From an uncultured Pelagibacteraceae bacterium (GTDB lineage Bacteria; Pseudomonadota; Alphaproteobacteria; Pelagibacterales; Pelagibacteraceae): 64,000 bases of DNA. The stretch spans positions 74,438 through 138,437 of the forward strand of contig CACJQT010000001.1 in the NCBI GenBank assembly GCA_902595635.1, in the 5' to 3' direction. A program made the position numbers and the translations under genes. Positions within the stretch are counted from its first letter, which is position 1. Each line of letters starts with the position of its first letter. The notes beneath the pieces are model-generated. The model did no database searches. It worked only from the letters and a program-made list of their open reading frames with translations, and was not told where the DNA came from. Below, one piece after another: positions 30,090-39,505 of this stretch.

Positions 30090-31513
30090 TGAGTCAAGCA
30101 GAATTAAATATTGGGCCAAAAATAAAAGCTTTTAGGAGACAGCTAGGTATGCAAGCAAACAAACTAGCCTCACAACTTAACATTTCACCGAGTTATTTAG
30201 CTTTAATCGAGGGAGGTAAAAGAAAAATTGACGGGGAATTACTTTTAAAAATTTGTGAGGAGTTAAGCATCAACATTAGCGATCTAACAAATAAATCAGA
30301 TATCAATATGGTCAACACAATTTCAGAATTGCTTGATGATCAACTTTTTGAAGATTTGGATATAGTTGGTCCAGAAGTTAAAGATCTAGCAAATAGTAAT
30401 CCAAAAATTGGTAAGGCTCTAATAAGATTAGGAGACATTTTAAAAAAAAAAGATCATGAATTGGTTAACAAAATTGAAAAACTTTCAGGAAAAATTGTAG
30501 ATAATAGAAAAAACTCATTTCCTGGAGAAGTAATTTCAGATTTTTTGCAAGAAAATAGAAATTTTTTTCCAAAACTAGAGGAATTTGCAAATCAAATCTT
30601 TGAACAAATAAAACAAAATAATAGAACAAGATATATTGCTTTATGTGATTATTTAAAATCAGAGTATAAAATTGAAGTGCAAGATATAATTCCTGAGGAA
30701 GGAAAACCATTCTCAAAAATTTACGATAACAAAAATAGAAAGTTGCTATTGTCTGATTATTTGTCTTTAGAAACAAAGAAATTACATGCTGCAGCTCAAA
30801 TTGTACAAGAGGGAGCTAGTGATATAATAAATTCTTATCTTGATACTTTTAATTATCCAAATGAAGAATCGAAAAAATTAACAAAAGTTGCTTTATTAAA
30901 TTATTGTGGTGCAGCAATTTTAATGCCCTACAAATTATTTCATTCTGAATGTAAAAAACTTAAATATGATTTGGAGTTATTACAAAATACTTTTGCAACT
31001 TCATTTGAACAAGTTACACATAGAGTAACATGTTTGAATGATCCAAAATTACCTGGAGTTCCTTTTCATTTTTTGAGGGTTGATGTCGCTGGTAATATTT
31101 CAAAAAGATTTTCATTATCAGGCATTGAAATACCACGTTATGGTGGTGCTTGTCCTCGATGGAATGTGTATTCGGCTTTTTCTAGACCTGGTGTTATACA
31201 GGCAGCAGTGAGTAAAATGACTAATGGTGAAAAGTATGTATGTATAGCAAGAACAGTTGAAAAAGGTATAGGAAGATATGGACAAAAAAAAAGTATGTTA
31301 TCTATTGGACTTGGATGTGAAGCCAAATATGCAAAAGATTTTGTTTATACGGAAAACTTAGATTTGAATGATAAAAAATCAGAGATACCTGTTGGGGTTT
31401 CATGTAGAACTTGTGATAGACTGGATTGTTCTCAAAGAGCTTTTCCACCATTACATAAAAAATTTGATGTAGACATTAATTCTAGAGGAGTATCTGTATA
31501 TGTCAGTGATTAA
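30089..31513 (+). CDS. ScfR/RamB/PrpR-family XRE transcriptional regulator of short-chain acyl-CoA/glyoxylate metabolism
   Basis: N-terminal XRE HTH (ISPSYLALIEGGKR), NY.GAAILMPY, SFEQV.HR, AGNISKRFS, GGACPRW and C-terminal CRTCDRLDCSQRAFPP; divergent from aceA. Confidence 0.9.
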   Translation: MSQAELNIGPKIKAFRRQLGMQANKLASQLNISPSYLALIEGGKRKIDGELLLKICEELSINISDLTNKSDINMVNTISELLDDQLFEDLDIVGPEVKDLANSNPKIGKALIRLGDILKKKDHELVNKIEKLSGKIVDNRKNSFPGEVISDFLQENRNFFPKLEEFANQIFEQIKQNNRTRYIALCDYLKSEYKIEVQDIIPEEGKPFSKIYDNKNRKLLLSDYLSLETKKLHAAAQIVQEGASDIINSYLDTFNYPNEESKKLTKVALLNYCGAAILMPYKLFHSECKKLKYDLELLQNTFATSFEQVTHRVTCLNDPKLPGVPFHFLRVDVAGNISKRFSLSGIEIPRYGGACPRWNVYSAFSRPGVIQAAVSKMTNGEKYVCIARTVEKGIGRYGQKKSMLSIGLGCEAKYAKDFVYTENLDLNDKKSEIPVGVSCRTCDRLDCSQRAFPPLHKKFDVDINSRGVSVYVSD

Positions 31514-32048
31514 AAAACATATAAGTTTTATAATTATATTTTTATTTGTCAGCACAAATAATGTGAATTCGGAAAATTTAAATATATTGTTTAAAGAATT
31601 GCTTAATGCAAAAAATTTACAACAAGCAGAAAAGCTAGAGGATCAAATTTGGAATAATTGGACAAGACACCCAAACAATGATTATCTGACGAACAAATTA
31701 GAGAACGGAACTTATTCCATGTACCATCAGCAGTATAGAATGGCATTAAAACTATTTACAGATGTGATTAATGAAGACCCAAAGTGGGCGGAGGGTTGGA
31801 ATAAGAGAGCCACATTGCTATTCATATTAGGGGATTATGAGAAATCGTTAGACGATATTGAAAAAGTTTTAGATCTAGAGCCAAGACATTTTGGAGCATT
31901 ATCCGGGCGAGCACAAATATACTTAAGCTTAAAGGAATATGAAAAAGCAGTTGATGACTTAAGAAAAGCAAAATCAATTTATCCATTAATTAAAAGTGGA
32001 GAAAATATAAAATTAATAGAAAAAATTATTAAAGACCAACAAATTTAA
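31500..32048 (+). CDS. Exported TPR-repeat protein
   Basis: Signal-like N-terminus; P.WAEGWNKRAT and LEPRHFGALSG motifs. Confidence 0.85.
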   Translation: MSVIKKHISFIIIFLFVSTNNVNSENLNILFKELLNAKNLQQAEKLEDQIWNNWTRHPNNDYLTNKLENGTYSMYHQQYRMALKLFTDVINEDPKWAEGWNKRATLLFILGDYEKSLDDIEKVLDLEPRHFGALSGRAQIYLSLKEYEKAVDDLRKAKSIYPLIKSGENIKLIEKIIKDQQI

Positions 32049-33223
32049 TTATTCTTAGATCTTTTTTTTGCAATCAACTGTGTTAATGCATCTACCATTA
32101 AATCTGAGGCTTTAAAAATTTCATTGGGTTTAAATTCATGTGAAATATTTTTTTCTTCATTTGTTTTATCTTCAATGACTATACCTTCATCAGGGGAATT
32201 ATTTTTAATATAAATTAGTATTAACCACTCATCATCAATTGTCTCATCCCATTTTATAAAAATCTCTCCAGTTTCAAATCTTCTGTCTATGCATCTCAAG
32301 ATAGACATATGTTTAGTTATATATCTTTTATTAAGTTGAAAAACTAAACTATTCGCGCTTCTGTAAAAACTTTCAAGTGCAAATTCAATTTTTTGCCTAG
32401 CTAAAGTATACTCCCTTTCTCTTTGAAGTAATTTTGCTCTATCGTCTCCTTCTTGTGTTTCTACACCTAGCGCCTCGACTCGTTCTCTTATTTTCTGATC
32501 TCTTATTTGTTGATATTTTAATTTTAGTTTTTCGATACGCTCTTGTAATCCTGAATAATCTTCTCTCTTTTCTCTTAAAGCTAATTTTTCTAGTTGTTCT
32601 AGTTCTTTTACCTCTCTTATTCTAAATTTTTCGATTTGTTTTTCTAATTTTAATTCTTGTAAAAATTTCTTTTGTCTCTCCGCCTGCTCTTTTCTTAGTA
32701 TGGCCTGTTCTTTTCTTAAAAATAATTTTATATCCTTTGCTCTTTCTCTTTCTAATTTTTCTTCTTGTTTTAACTGGATTTCCTTTTCTTTTAAAAAACT
32801 TTCCTCGTCTGCTTTCTTTTGTTTCTCAATTTCGATTTTTTCTTTTTCTGCCTGTTCTATTTTCTCAAGTTTAATTTGTCTTTTTTCCTCAGCTCTTATC
32901 TCTTTAAAACGAATTAATGCCAATTCTATACTTTGAAAAAACTTTTGTATTAATTTATCTATTGCCAGTAAATTAAAGTTAAATTTGAAAGAAAACTTAT
33001 TTTTTAAATCTTCCTCAAGTCTAACTGTTCTTGAAATTATACCCTTTTCAGGAATTATCTTTCTTTTAGTTTTTTTAATTTTTTTTCTTTGGTTTAATCT
33101 CTTTGTCTTTTTCTTTTTTAATTTTAATTTTTTTTTTTTAAATTTTGACTTAGATTTATTTTTTGATTTTTTAACCTTTGTTTGTAGATTTTTTTTTTTA
33201 GGTTTTTTTTTCTTTTTTTTCAT
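32045..33223 (-). CDS. Hypothetical protein: Lys-rich N-terminus, long charged helical region, globular C-terminal domain
   Basis: 392-aa open frame with E/K/R-rich helical region; no family recognised. Confidence 0.8.
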   Translation of the reverse strand: MKKKKKKPKKKNLQTKVKKSKNKSKSKFKKKKLKLKKKKTKRLNQRKKIKKTKRKIIPEKGIISRTVRLEEDLKNKFSFKFNFNLLAIDKLIQKFFQSIELALIRFKEIRAEEKRQIKLEKIEQAEKEKIEIEKQKKADEESFLKEKEIQLKQEEKLERERAKDIKLFLRKEQAILRKEQAERQKKFLQELKLEKQIEKFRIREVKELEQLEKLALREKREDYSGLQERIEKLKLKYQQIRDQKIRERVEALGVETQEGDDRAKLLQREREYTLARQKIEFALESFYRSANSLVFQLNKRYITKHMSILRCIDRRFETGEIFIKWDETIDDEWLILIYIKNNSPDEGIVIEDKTNEEKNISHEFKPNEIFKASDLMVDALTQLIAKKRSKNN

Positions 33224-33252
33224 TTAAGAGATACAGCTTTATCAGCTAATTT

Positions 33253-34440
33253 TTAATAAATATAGTCTCTAGTATTAGGAACAGATCTAATATCTTTAGT
33301 TAGCTGAAGTTGAAATACAACTTGATCTCCCCATTTAAAAGCCATTTCACAACTTGTAAGATAAAATTCCCACATCCTTAAAAATTTTTCATCAAACATT
33401 TCTAAAACTTGATCTTTTTTTGATAGAAATCTTTCTTTCCAATTTCTTAAAGTGTGGGCATAGTGCATCCTTAAAATCTCAATATCTGTAGCTATTAGTC
33501 CAGAATCCTCGATTGGCCTTGTTATTTCACTTAAACTAGGGGTATATCCGCCAGGGAAAATATATTTTGTTATCCAAGGCTGTGGGTCTCTGGGTGGAAG
33601 ATTTGATCCAATTGTGTGTATTAGAGCTACCCCATCTTTTTTTAACATTTGAGACACCCTATTAAAATAGGTTTGATAGAATTTTTTTCCAACATGTTCA
33701 AACATTCCAACACTAACTATCCTATCAAATTTTTCATTCAATTGTCTGTAATCTATTAATTTAAATTCAACTTGGTTATCTAAATTTAATTCTTTAGCTT
33801 TTTCTTGACTATATTTTAATTGATTTTCTGAAAGTGTAATTCCTGTAACTGAAGCTTTTGTTTTTTTTGCAATATCGATTGCAAGTGTACCCCACCCTGA
33901 GCCAATATCCAAAACTTTTTGGTTAGGATGTATATGAAGTTTTTTAATTATGTGATCAATTTTATTTTCTTGAGCAGTTTCTAAAGTGTCATTTTCATTT
34001 TTAAAGTATGCGCATGAATATTGTCTTTTTTTATCAAGAAATAAATCGTATAATTTTTCTGAAATATCATAATGATGTGCAACATTTTGTTTAGATTTAA
34101 CAATTTTATTAAAACTTGTTAAGTATTTTAAAGTTCCCTTTATTTTATTTAATGTCTTTCCATAAATATTTATATCTGCTCTTCCAATATTTTTAAATGC
34201 TATATCAAGAAATTCTGTCAAAGTTCCATTTCTTAATCTTAAAGAACCATTTGTATACGCCTCACCAAAATATAGATCTGGATGGAAAAGTAATTTTTTA
34301 TGCAAACTTTTATCTAACAACTGTAATTCTATAGGAATTTCTTTCAAAGGCTTTCCTATAACATACCTGTTAGAATTATAATCTATTAATATAAAGCCAT
34401 CTTCTTTAAATAAATCATTTAAAAAATTTATAAGTTTCAT
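33253..34440 (-). CDS. cfa: Cyclopropane-fatty-acyl-phospholipid synthase family methyltransferase
   Basis: HHYD, YSCAYF, LDIGSGWG, SVGMFEHVG, KYIFPGG and HYA.TL..W motifs. Confidence 0.92.
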   Translation of the reverse strand: MKLINFLNDLFKEDGFILIDYNSNRYVIGKPLKEIPIELQLLDKSLHKKLLFHPDLYFGEAYTNGSLRLRNGTLTEFLDIAFKNIGRADINIYGKTLNKIKGTLKYLTSFNKIVKSKQNVAHHYDISEKLYDLFLDKKRQYSCAYFKNENDTLETAQENKIDHIIKKLHIHPNQKVLDIGSGWGTLAIDIAKKTKASVTGITLSENQLKYSQEKAKELNLDNQVEFKLIDYRQLNEKFDRIVSVGMFEHVGKKFYQTYFNRVSQMLKKDGVALIHTIGSNLPPRDPQPWITKYIFPGGYTPSLSEITRPIEDSGLIATDIEILRMHYAHTLRNWKERFLSKKDQVLEMFDEKFLRMWEFYLTSCEMAFKWGDQVVFQLQLTKDIRSVPNTRDYIY

Positions 34441-35324
34441 TAAGCTGCTTTAAGGTTTTTTATATTAAAATTTAATTTATCTAATTCTGAAAAAAATAAT
34501 TTTTCTTCATCTTTGGATAAAAGTTTTAAAGGTGGAATTAAATTTTTAAAATCAGAGTCTTCTGTGCTCATAAATGTATGTAGGCCTGAAATGAGATTAT
34601 ATTTATCAAAAATACTTCTCACCATACAAAGTTTTTCGTTTGATGTTTGATTTAAATTATTTTTAAATTTATCATACACGTCTCTTGCTAAATAAGAGGT
34701 GACATTTGTTGTTGCTGTAATTATACCTGAGCATCCTAATTCTAGGCCCTTCAACAACTTACTTTCAGATCCAGGCATGACAGAAAAATTTTCAATCTTT
34801 AAATTTTCATACAAGTTGTAACTACTATCCTTTACTCCGAGAACATTTTTAGGAAAGCTTTTTGCTAACTTTGAAACACATTCTATGCTAAATTTATATC
34901 CAGATAACTTTTCAAAATTATACAAAATTATTCTACAATCTTTGACATTTTCTATTAATTTGGAATAAAAATTAAAAACATCATCATCGTTATATTTATA
35001 GTATGCTGGTGGCATAACTAAAAAATTATCAAAGCCAATTGATTTTGAAATATTAAGCAAATTAATATTATCCCCTAACGAATTTAAGCCAGTTCCAATA
35101 ATAAATTTATCTTTATGTTTGCTCCTAGGTAAAATATTAATGAGTTTAATTTTCTCGCTTAACGAAATTAATTGTGATTGACCTGTGCTACCAAAAAATA
35201 TTACTCCATGGCAACCTTTTTCAATTAGATTTTCAGCATGTTTTAATGTTTTTTCGCAGTCTAACTGTAAATTATTATCAAGTATAGAAAGGCTTGCCGC
35301 ATAAATACCATTGAAATATCCCAT
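34440..35324 (-). CDS. DHDPS/NAL (DapA-like) class I aldolase family protein
   Basis: GSTG, PPAYY, ILYN and Schiff-base GVKDSS motifs. Confidence 0.85.
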   Translation of the reverse strand: MGYFNGIYAASLSILDNNLQLDCEKTLKHAENLIEKGCHGVIFFGSTGQSQLISLSEKIKLINILPRSKHKDKFIIGTGLNSLGDNINLLNISKSIGFDNFLVMPPAYYKYNDDDVFNFYSKLIENVKDCRIILYNFEKLSGYKFSIECVSKLAKSFPKNVLGVKDSSYNLYENLKIENFSVMPGSESKLLKGLELGCSGIITATTNVTSYLARDVYDKFKNNLNQTSNEKLCMVRSIFDKYNLISGLHTFMSTEDSDFKNLIPPLKLLSKDEEKLFFSELDKLNFNIKNLKAA

Positions 35325-35372
35325 ACCAAAAATTTATATAAAAATATAAAATAGTAAAGGTTTTAAAAATAC

Positions 35373-36332
35373 ATGAAAATCTTAGCAATTCAAAACAGGA
35401 TGGGAATTGGTGATATGGTAATATTTCTTCCATATATAGAAGCCGTTGCAAAAAAATATAACTGTCAAGTAACTTTATTAGTAAAAGAAAATTCAAAAGC
35501 CGAACACTTAATTAAAGATAATAAATATATTAATGAAATTATTATTTTAAAAAGAGATCGAACTAACAAAAATTTTCACGACGGATTGAACGGATTTTTT
35601 CGACTAGTTTCTGATATTAAAAAATATCAATTTGATAAAGTATTAATTTTTAATTCTTCACTTAGATATAAGTTAGTTTGTAAGTTTGCAGGAATTAATG
35701 ATATTTATCAATATCCATTATTTAAAAAAAAAAATCAGCATATTATTGAAGCTGCTAATAAATTATTAAAAAATAATTTTAATCTAGAAATTAAAAGTGA
35801 CCCAGTTATTGATATTAAAGATGAAAATGTTCAAAAAATAAAGTTAAAATTTAATTTTAGTGATGAGGTGAAAAATATATTGTTAGGAATTGGTGGATCA
35901 GGACCGACAAAAAGAATTCCACCAAAAATATTTGTAGAATTTATGAATTTATGTTTAAAAAACTTTAAATGCAGATTTTTTTTAGCTACGGGTAACAAAA
36001 ATGAAGAAATTGAAATTATGAACGAAATTTTAAGTTACCATAAGAATTTATGTACTCCATTAAATGAACTTAGTATTTCTGAAACTTTACCTATAATTAA
36101 AAATTGCAATATTGCTGTTTGTAATGACTCGAGTTTCAGCCATTTATCTGCGGGGTTAGGAAAACCAACTATTGTTTTAATGTCAGATACCCCACTAATA
36201 TATGGAAGTTATAGCTCCAAAATGCATCCTCTTATACCAGATGGTGTAGAGAATGTTACTCATGGAACAGAGGGTAAGGAGCGAATAAATCCGTTAAAAA
36301 TCTTTGAAAAATTTCAGAACTTAATTAGCTAA
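35373..36332 (+). CDS. Glycosyltransferase family 9 (LPS core heptosyltransferase-like)
   Basis: GIGDMV and CNDSSFSHLSAGLGKP motifs. Confidence 0.85.
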   Translation: MKILAIQNRMGIGDMVIFLPYIEAVAKKYNCQVTLLVKENSKAEHLIKDNKYINEIIILKRDRTNKNFHDGLNGFFRLVSDIKKYQFDKVLIFNSSLRYKLVCKFAGINDIYQYPLFKKKNQHIIEAANKLLKNNFNLEIKSDPVIDIKDENVQKIKLKFNFSDEVKNILLGIGGSGPTKRIPPKIFVEFMNLCLKNFKCRFFLATGNKNEEIEIMNEILSYHKNLCTPLNELSISETLPIIKNCNIAVCNDSSFSHLSAGLGKPTIVLMSDTPLIYGSYSSKMHPLIPDGVENVTHGTEGKERINPLKIFEKFQNLIS

Positions 36333-36834
36333 TATATTTAATAACGTTCTCTTTGGCTTCATTTACCAATGTTGCAATATTATTTAATTCTGGACTTCTA
36401 TCGGGATGTATTTTTTTCATTATTTTTTTGTAAGATTGCAATACTTCGTCTTTTGTATATTTTTTTTTGGGGTCTAAATTTAAAATTCTATAAGATTCAT
36501 CAATAGACATTGCTTGAGATGAAACGTTTTGGTTAAATTGGTTAAAATTAAACCTCCCAGAATTTTTCAATACTCTTAAAAGGCCCCATAATCTAAACAA
36601 TTGAAATAACGAAATACCAGCCTTTGTCTTTATTAATGGCAAAATGGCCAACATAAAAGGTAAAGAAAAAATGTACCTTCCCGCATATGCCATTATTACC
36701 GCTAACAATATTGAAGAAATTATAATAAATGTTCTTACAAATTTTGATATTTTTTTTGTTGAAGTTTTAGCAAACCAATTGAGTAAAATATAAAGAATTA
36801 TAAAGATAATTAGTATTGCAAAAAAAATATTCAT
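36325..36834 (-). CDS. Membrane-anchored J-domain protein (Pam18/TimB-like)
   Basis: N-terminal TM helices; MSIDESYRILNL...KKIHPD...VNEAKE short J domain. Confidence 0.8.
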   Translation of the reverse strand: MNIFFAILIIFIILYILLNWFAKTSTKKISKFVRTFIIISSILLAVIMAYAGRYIFSLPFMLAILPLIKTKAGISLFQLFRLWGLLRVLKNSGRFNFNQFNQNVSSQAMSIDESYRILNLDPKKKYTKDEVLQSYKKIMKKIHPDRSPELNNIATLVNEAKENVIKYIS

Positions 36835-36851
36835 AAATTAATTAAATTTAA

Positions 36852-38933
36852 ATGAAAATACCACAGCTTAAAAAAAAACCAGAATTAAAATCTTGTCACA
36901 ACGTAACCTGGGAAGACGATTATAGTTGGATACATCAGGAAAACATACTTGAGGTATTGAAAGATAGTTCAAAATTAATACCAGAGGTTAGAAAATATCT
37001 TGAGGATGAAAATGATTATTTTAGTCATCAAATGTCAGATACAAAGGAAATTCAAAAAGTTTTGTTTGATGAGATAAAAGGTAGAATTAAACTTGACGAT
37101 GAGTCTCTTCCATTTAAAGATGTAAGATATAGCTACTGGACAAAAACAACAACAAAAGGAAACTACTCTATAAAGTTAAGAAAAAAAATTGACTCTGATG
37201 AAATAGAGGAAATTTGGAATGGTGATTTAGAAAAAGAAAAGCTTAAAACAGAGTATTTTGGGCTTGGAGACTTAGAGGTAAGTTATAATGATAAATTATT
37301 GGCTTACTCCCTAGATTTAAAAGGATCTGAATATTACACCATACATATAAGAGATATTAAAAATAAAAATCAAATTGGTGAAAAAATTGAAAATACTAGT
37401 GGCGGAATAACATTTAGCTTAGATGACAAATATATTTTTTACTCAAAGCTTGATGACAATCATAGACCGAGGGAAATTTATAGGCACGAAATTGGAACTC
37501 CTACTAGTAAAGACATTCTTATCTTTAGAGAAGAAAGTGAAGCTTTTACTGTAGGCATAGGACTTAGCTCTGATGAGAAGTATTTTTTTATTACGTCATC
37601 TGATCATAATACCTCTGAACAGTATTATTTTAAATCAGATGAAATAATTCCAAAACCAAAACTGATTGATAAAAGAAAAAGAGGGATAATTTATTCAGTT
37701 AATTCGTGGAATGGTAATTTCTATAAACACACAAATGAAGATGCAGAAGATTTTAAAATTGAAAAAACAAATAATTTAGAAAAAAAGATCTGGGAAACAT
37801 TTATACCTGCAAGAGAAGAGGTTTTGATCGGTGGATTAATTTTCTTAGATAATTGGATTATAAGATCTGAAACTTCTAATGCATTATCAAAATTAATATT
37901 AAGAAATCCAAAAAATAATGAAGAAGAAGAAATATTTTTTTCAGATGAAAAAGTTATAGTGCCAGGTGTTTCGTTAACCCAAAGAAATAGAAATACTGAT
38001 ACCGTTTATTTATCATATTCATCACCAAAAACTCCTGGAAGGACTTACTTATACAATCTTAAAACAAAAGAAAAAAAATTAGTTAAAGAACAAGAGATTC
38101 CTAGTGGCCATAATTCTGATGATTATATAGTTGAAAGATTAGAGTGTGCCTCTCATGATGGAAGGATGGTTCCTCTTACAATAACAAGACATAAAAAAAC
38201 TAACTTAGATGGTTCAGCAAAATTATTATTATATGGATACGGATCATACGGTAGTTCTATGTCACCAAGTTTTTCTTCAACCAGAATAAGTCTGATAGAT
38301 CGAGATATTATATGGGTAACTTCTCATATTAGAGGCGGTATGGAAAAAGGAATGAAATGGTGGAAAGAAGGAAAATTATTAAACAAGAAAAATACATTTG
38401 AAGATTACATTGCTTCTGCAAAATTTTTAATTGAAAAAAAGTTTACATCTAAAGGTAATATTATTGGAATGGGCGGATCTGCTGGAGGTCTTTTAATGGG
38501 AGCCGTTGTTAACCAAGCGCCTGATTTATTTTTGGGTATAGTTATGGCTGTTCCTTTCGTTGACTCGTTGACCACGAACTTAGACCATTCGTTACCATTA
38601 ACAGTCGGCGAATTTGATGAATTTGGAAATGCTAAAGATAAAAAAGAACACTTTGATTACATATTTTCATATGCACCTTATAACAATATTAAAAAGATGG
38701 ATTACCCAAACATTTTGATAACCACAAGTTTAAGTGATAACAGGGTATTATTTGATGAACCAGCAAAATTTACTGCAAAATTAAGGGATTACAAAACGGA
38801 TAACAATTTACTTTTATTAAAAACAGAAATGAATGCAGGTCATGGAGGAAAATCTGGAAGAGATGGAGCTATTGAAGAGATTGCAGTTGACTACGCATTC
38901 GCTTTGAAAATAGCTGGAAAATTAAACACCTGA
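36852..38933 (+). CDS. ptrB: Oligopeptidase B (peptidase S9A)
   Basis: YGYGSYG, HIRGG, GGSAGG nucleophile, D.RV and AGHGG. Confidence 0.93.
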   Translation: MKIPQLKKKPELKSCHNVTWEDDYSWIHQENILEVLKDSSKLIPEVRKYLEDENDYFSHQMSDTKEIQKVLFDEIKGRIKLDDESLPFKDVRYSYWTKTTTKGNYSIKLRKKIDSDEIEEIWNGDLEKEKLKTEYFGLGDLEVSYNDKLLAYSLDLKGSEYYTIHIRDIKNKNQIGEKIENTSGGITFSLDDKYIFYSKLDDNHRPREIYRHEIGTPTSKDILIFREESEAFTVGIGLSSDEKYFFITSSDHNTSEQYYFKSDEIIPKPKLIDKRKRGIIYSVNSWNGNFYKHTNEDAEDFKIEKTNNLEKKIWETFIPAREEVLIGGLIFLDNWIIRSETSNALSKLILRNPKNNEEEEIFFSDEKVIVPGVSLTQRNRNTDTVYLSYSSPKTPGRTYLYNLKTKEKKLVKEQEIPSGHNSDDYIVERLECASHDGRMVPLTITRHKKTNLDGSAKLLLYGYGSYGSSMSPSFSSTRISLIDRDIIWVTSHIRGGMEKGMKWWKEGKLLNKKNTFEDYIASAKFLIEKKFTSKGNIIGMGGSAGGLLMGAVVNQAPDLFLGIVMAVPFVDSLTTNLDHSLPLTVGEFDEFGNAKDKKEHFDYIFSYAPYNNIKKMDYPNILITTSLSDNRVLFDEPAKFTAKLRDYKTDNNLLLLKTEMNAGHGGKSGRDGAIEEIAVDYAFALKIAGKLNT

Positions 38934-38934
38934 T

Positions 38935-38962
38935 CTTGAAATATCAAAATTAATTACCATAT
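38935..38962 (+). promoter_or_regulatory. Sigma32 (RpoH)-type promoter of hsp20
   Basis: CTTGAA (38935-38940)-N16-CCATAT (38957-38962); same GATCTTGAAA context as groES. Confidence 0.75.
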
Positions 38963-38966
38963 GTAC

Positions 38967-39029
38967 ATTGTTAGTCGCCTAATGGGGCTAGCAATAAATA
39001 AACTTGCTTAATTAAAGGAGGATAATATG
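38967..39029 (+). ncRNA. Putative ROSE-like RNA thermometer in the hsp20 5' UTR
   Basis: Hairpin 1: ATTGTTAGTC pairs with GGCTAGCAAT (38967-38995). Hairpin 2: CTT(G)CTT pairs with SD AAGGAG, giving the ROSE U(U/C)GCU motif with a bulged G (39003-39020). Confidence 0.6.
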
Positions 39030-39473
39030 ACAAGTAAGGATCTATCAATTTTCAACTCACTTCGGCCTTTCTCAATTGGTTTTGACGATATGTTTGACCA
39101 ATTCGAAAGCATGTTGGGCAATGGTGGTTTAAGTATGCAATCAAACTACCCACCTTACAACATAAGAAGAACTGGCAAAGATAACTACTCAATTGAGGTT
39201 GCTTTAGCTGGTTTTAGCAAAAAAGATGTTGAGGTAGAGTTTGAAGATAATCTATTAACTGTAAGAACTAAACAAGTTGATAGAAGTGAAAACAAAAACC
39301 AAGATGGAGAGATAATCCACAAAGGTATATCGCAAAGACAATTTGCGAGATCATTTACAATTGCTGATGATGTAAAAGTGAATGGCGCAGAGTTAAAAGA
39401 TGGTCTTTTAACAATTGCATGTGAAAGGATTATTCCAGAACATAAAAAAAAGAAACTTATTGAAATTAAATAA
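39027..39473 (+). CDS. ibpA: Small heat-shock protein (Hsp20/IbpA family)
   Basis: IGFDDMF, NYPPYNI, ALAGF, HKGIS.RQF.RSF, DGLL and C-terminal IEI. Confidence 0.93.
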   Translation: MTSKDLSIFNSLRPFSIGFDDMFDQFESMLGNGGLSMQSNYPPYNIRRTGKDNYSIEVALAGFSKKDVEVEFEDNLLTVRTKQVDRSENKNQDGEIIHKGISQRQFARSFTIADDVKVNGAELKDGLLTIACERIIPEHKKKKLIEIK

Positions 39474-39481
39474 GTACCTTG

Positions 39482-39504
39482 CTTGTGGGGCTAGTCCCCA
39501 CAAG
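39482..39504. terminator. GC-rich hairpin between convergent hsp20 and lipoprotein genes
   Basis: CTTGTGGGG-ctagt-CCCCACAAG; no clear U-run on either strand. Confidence 0.6.
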
Positions 39505-39505
39505 A

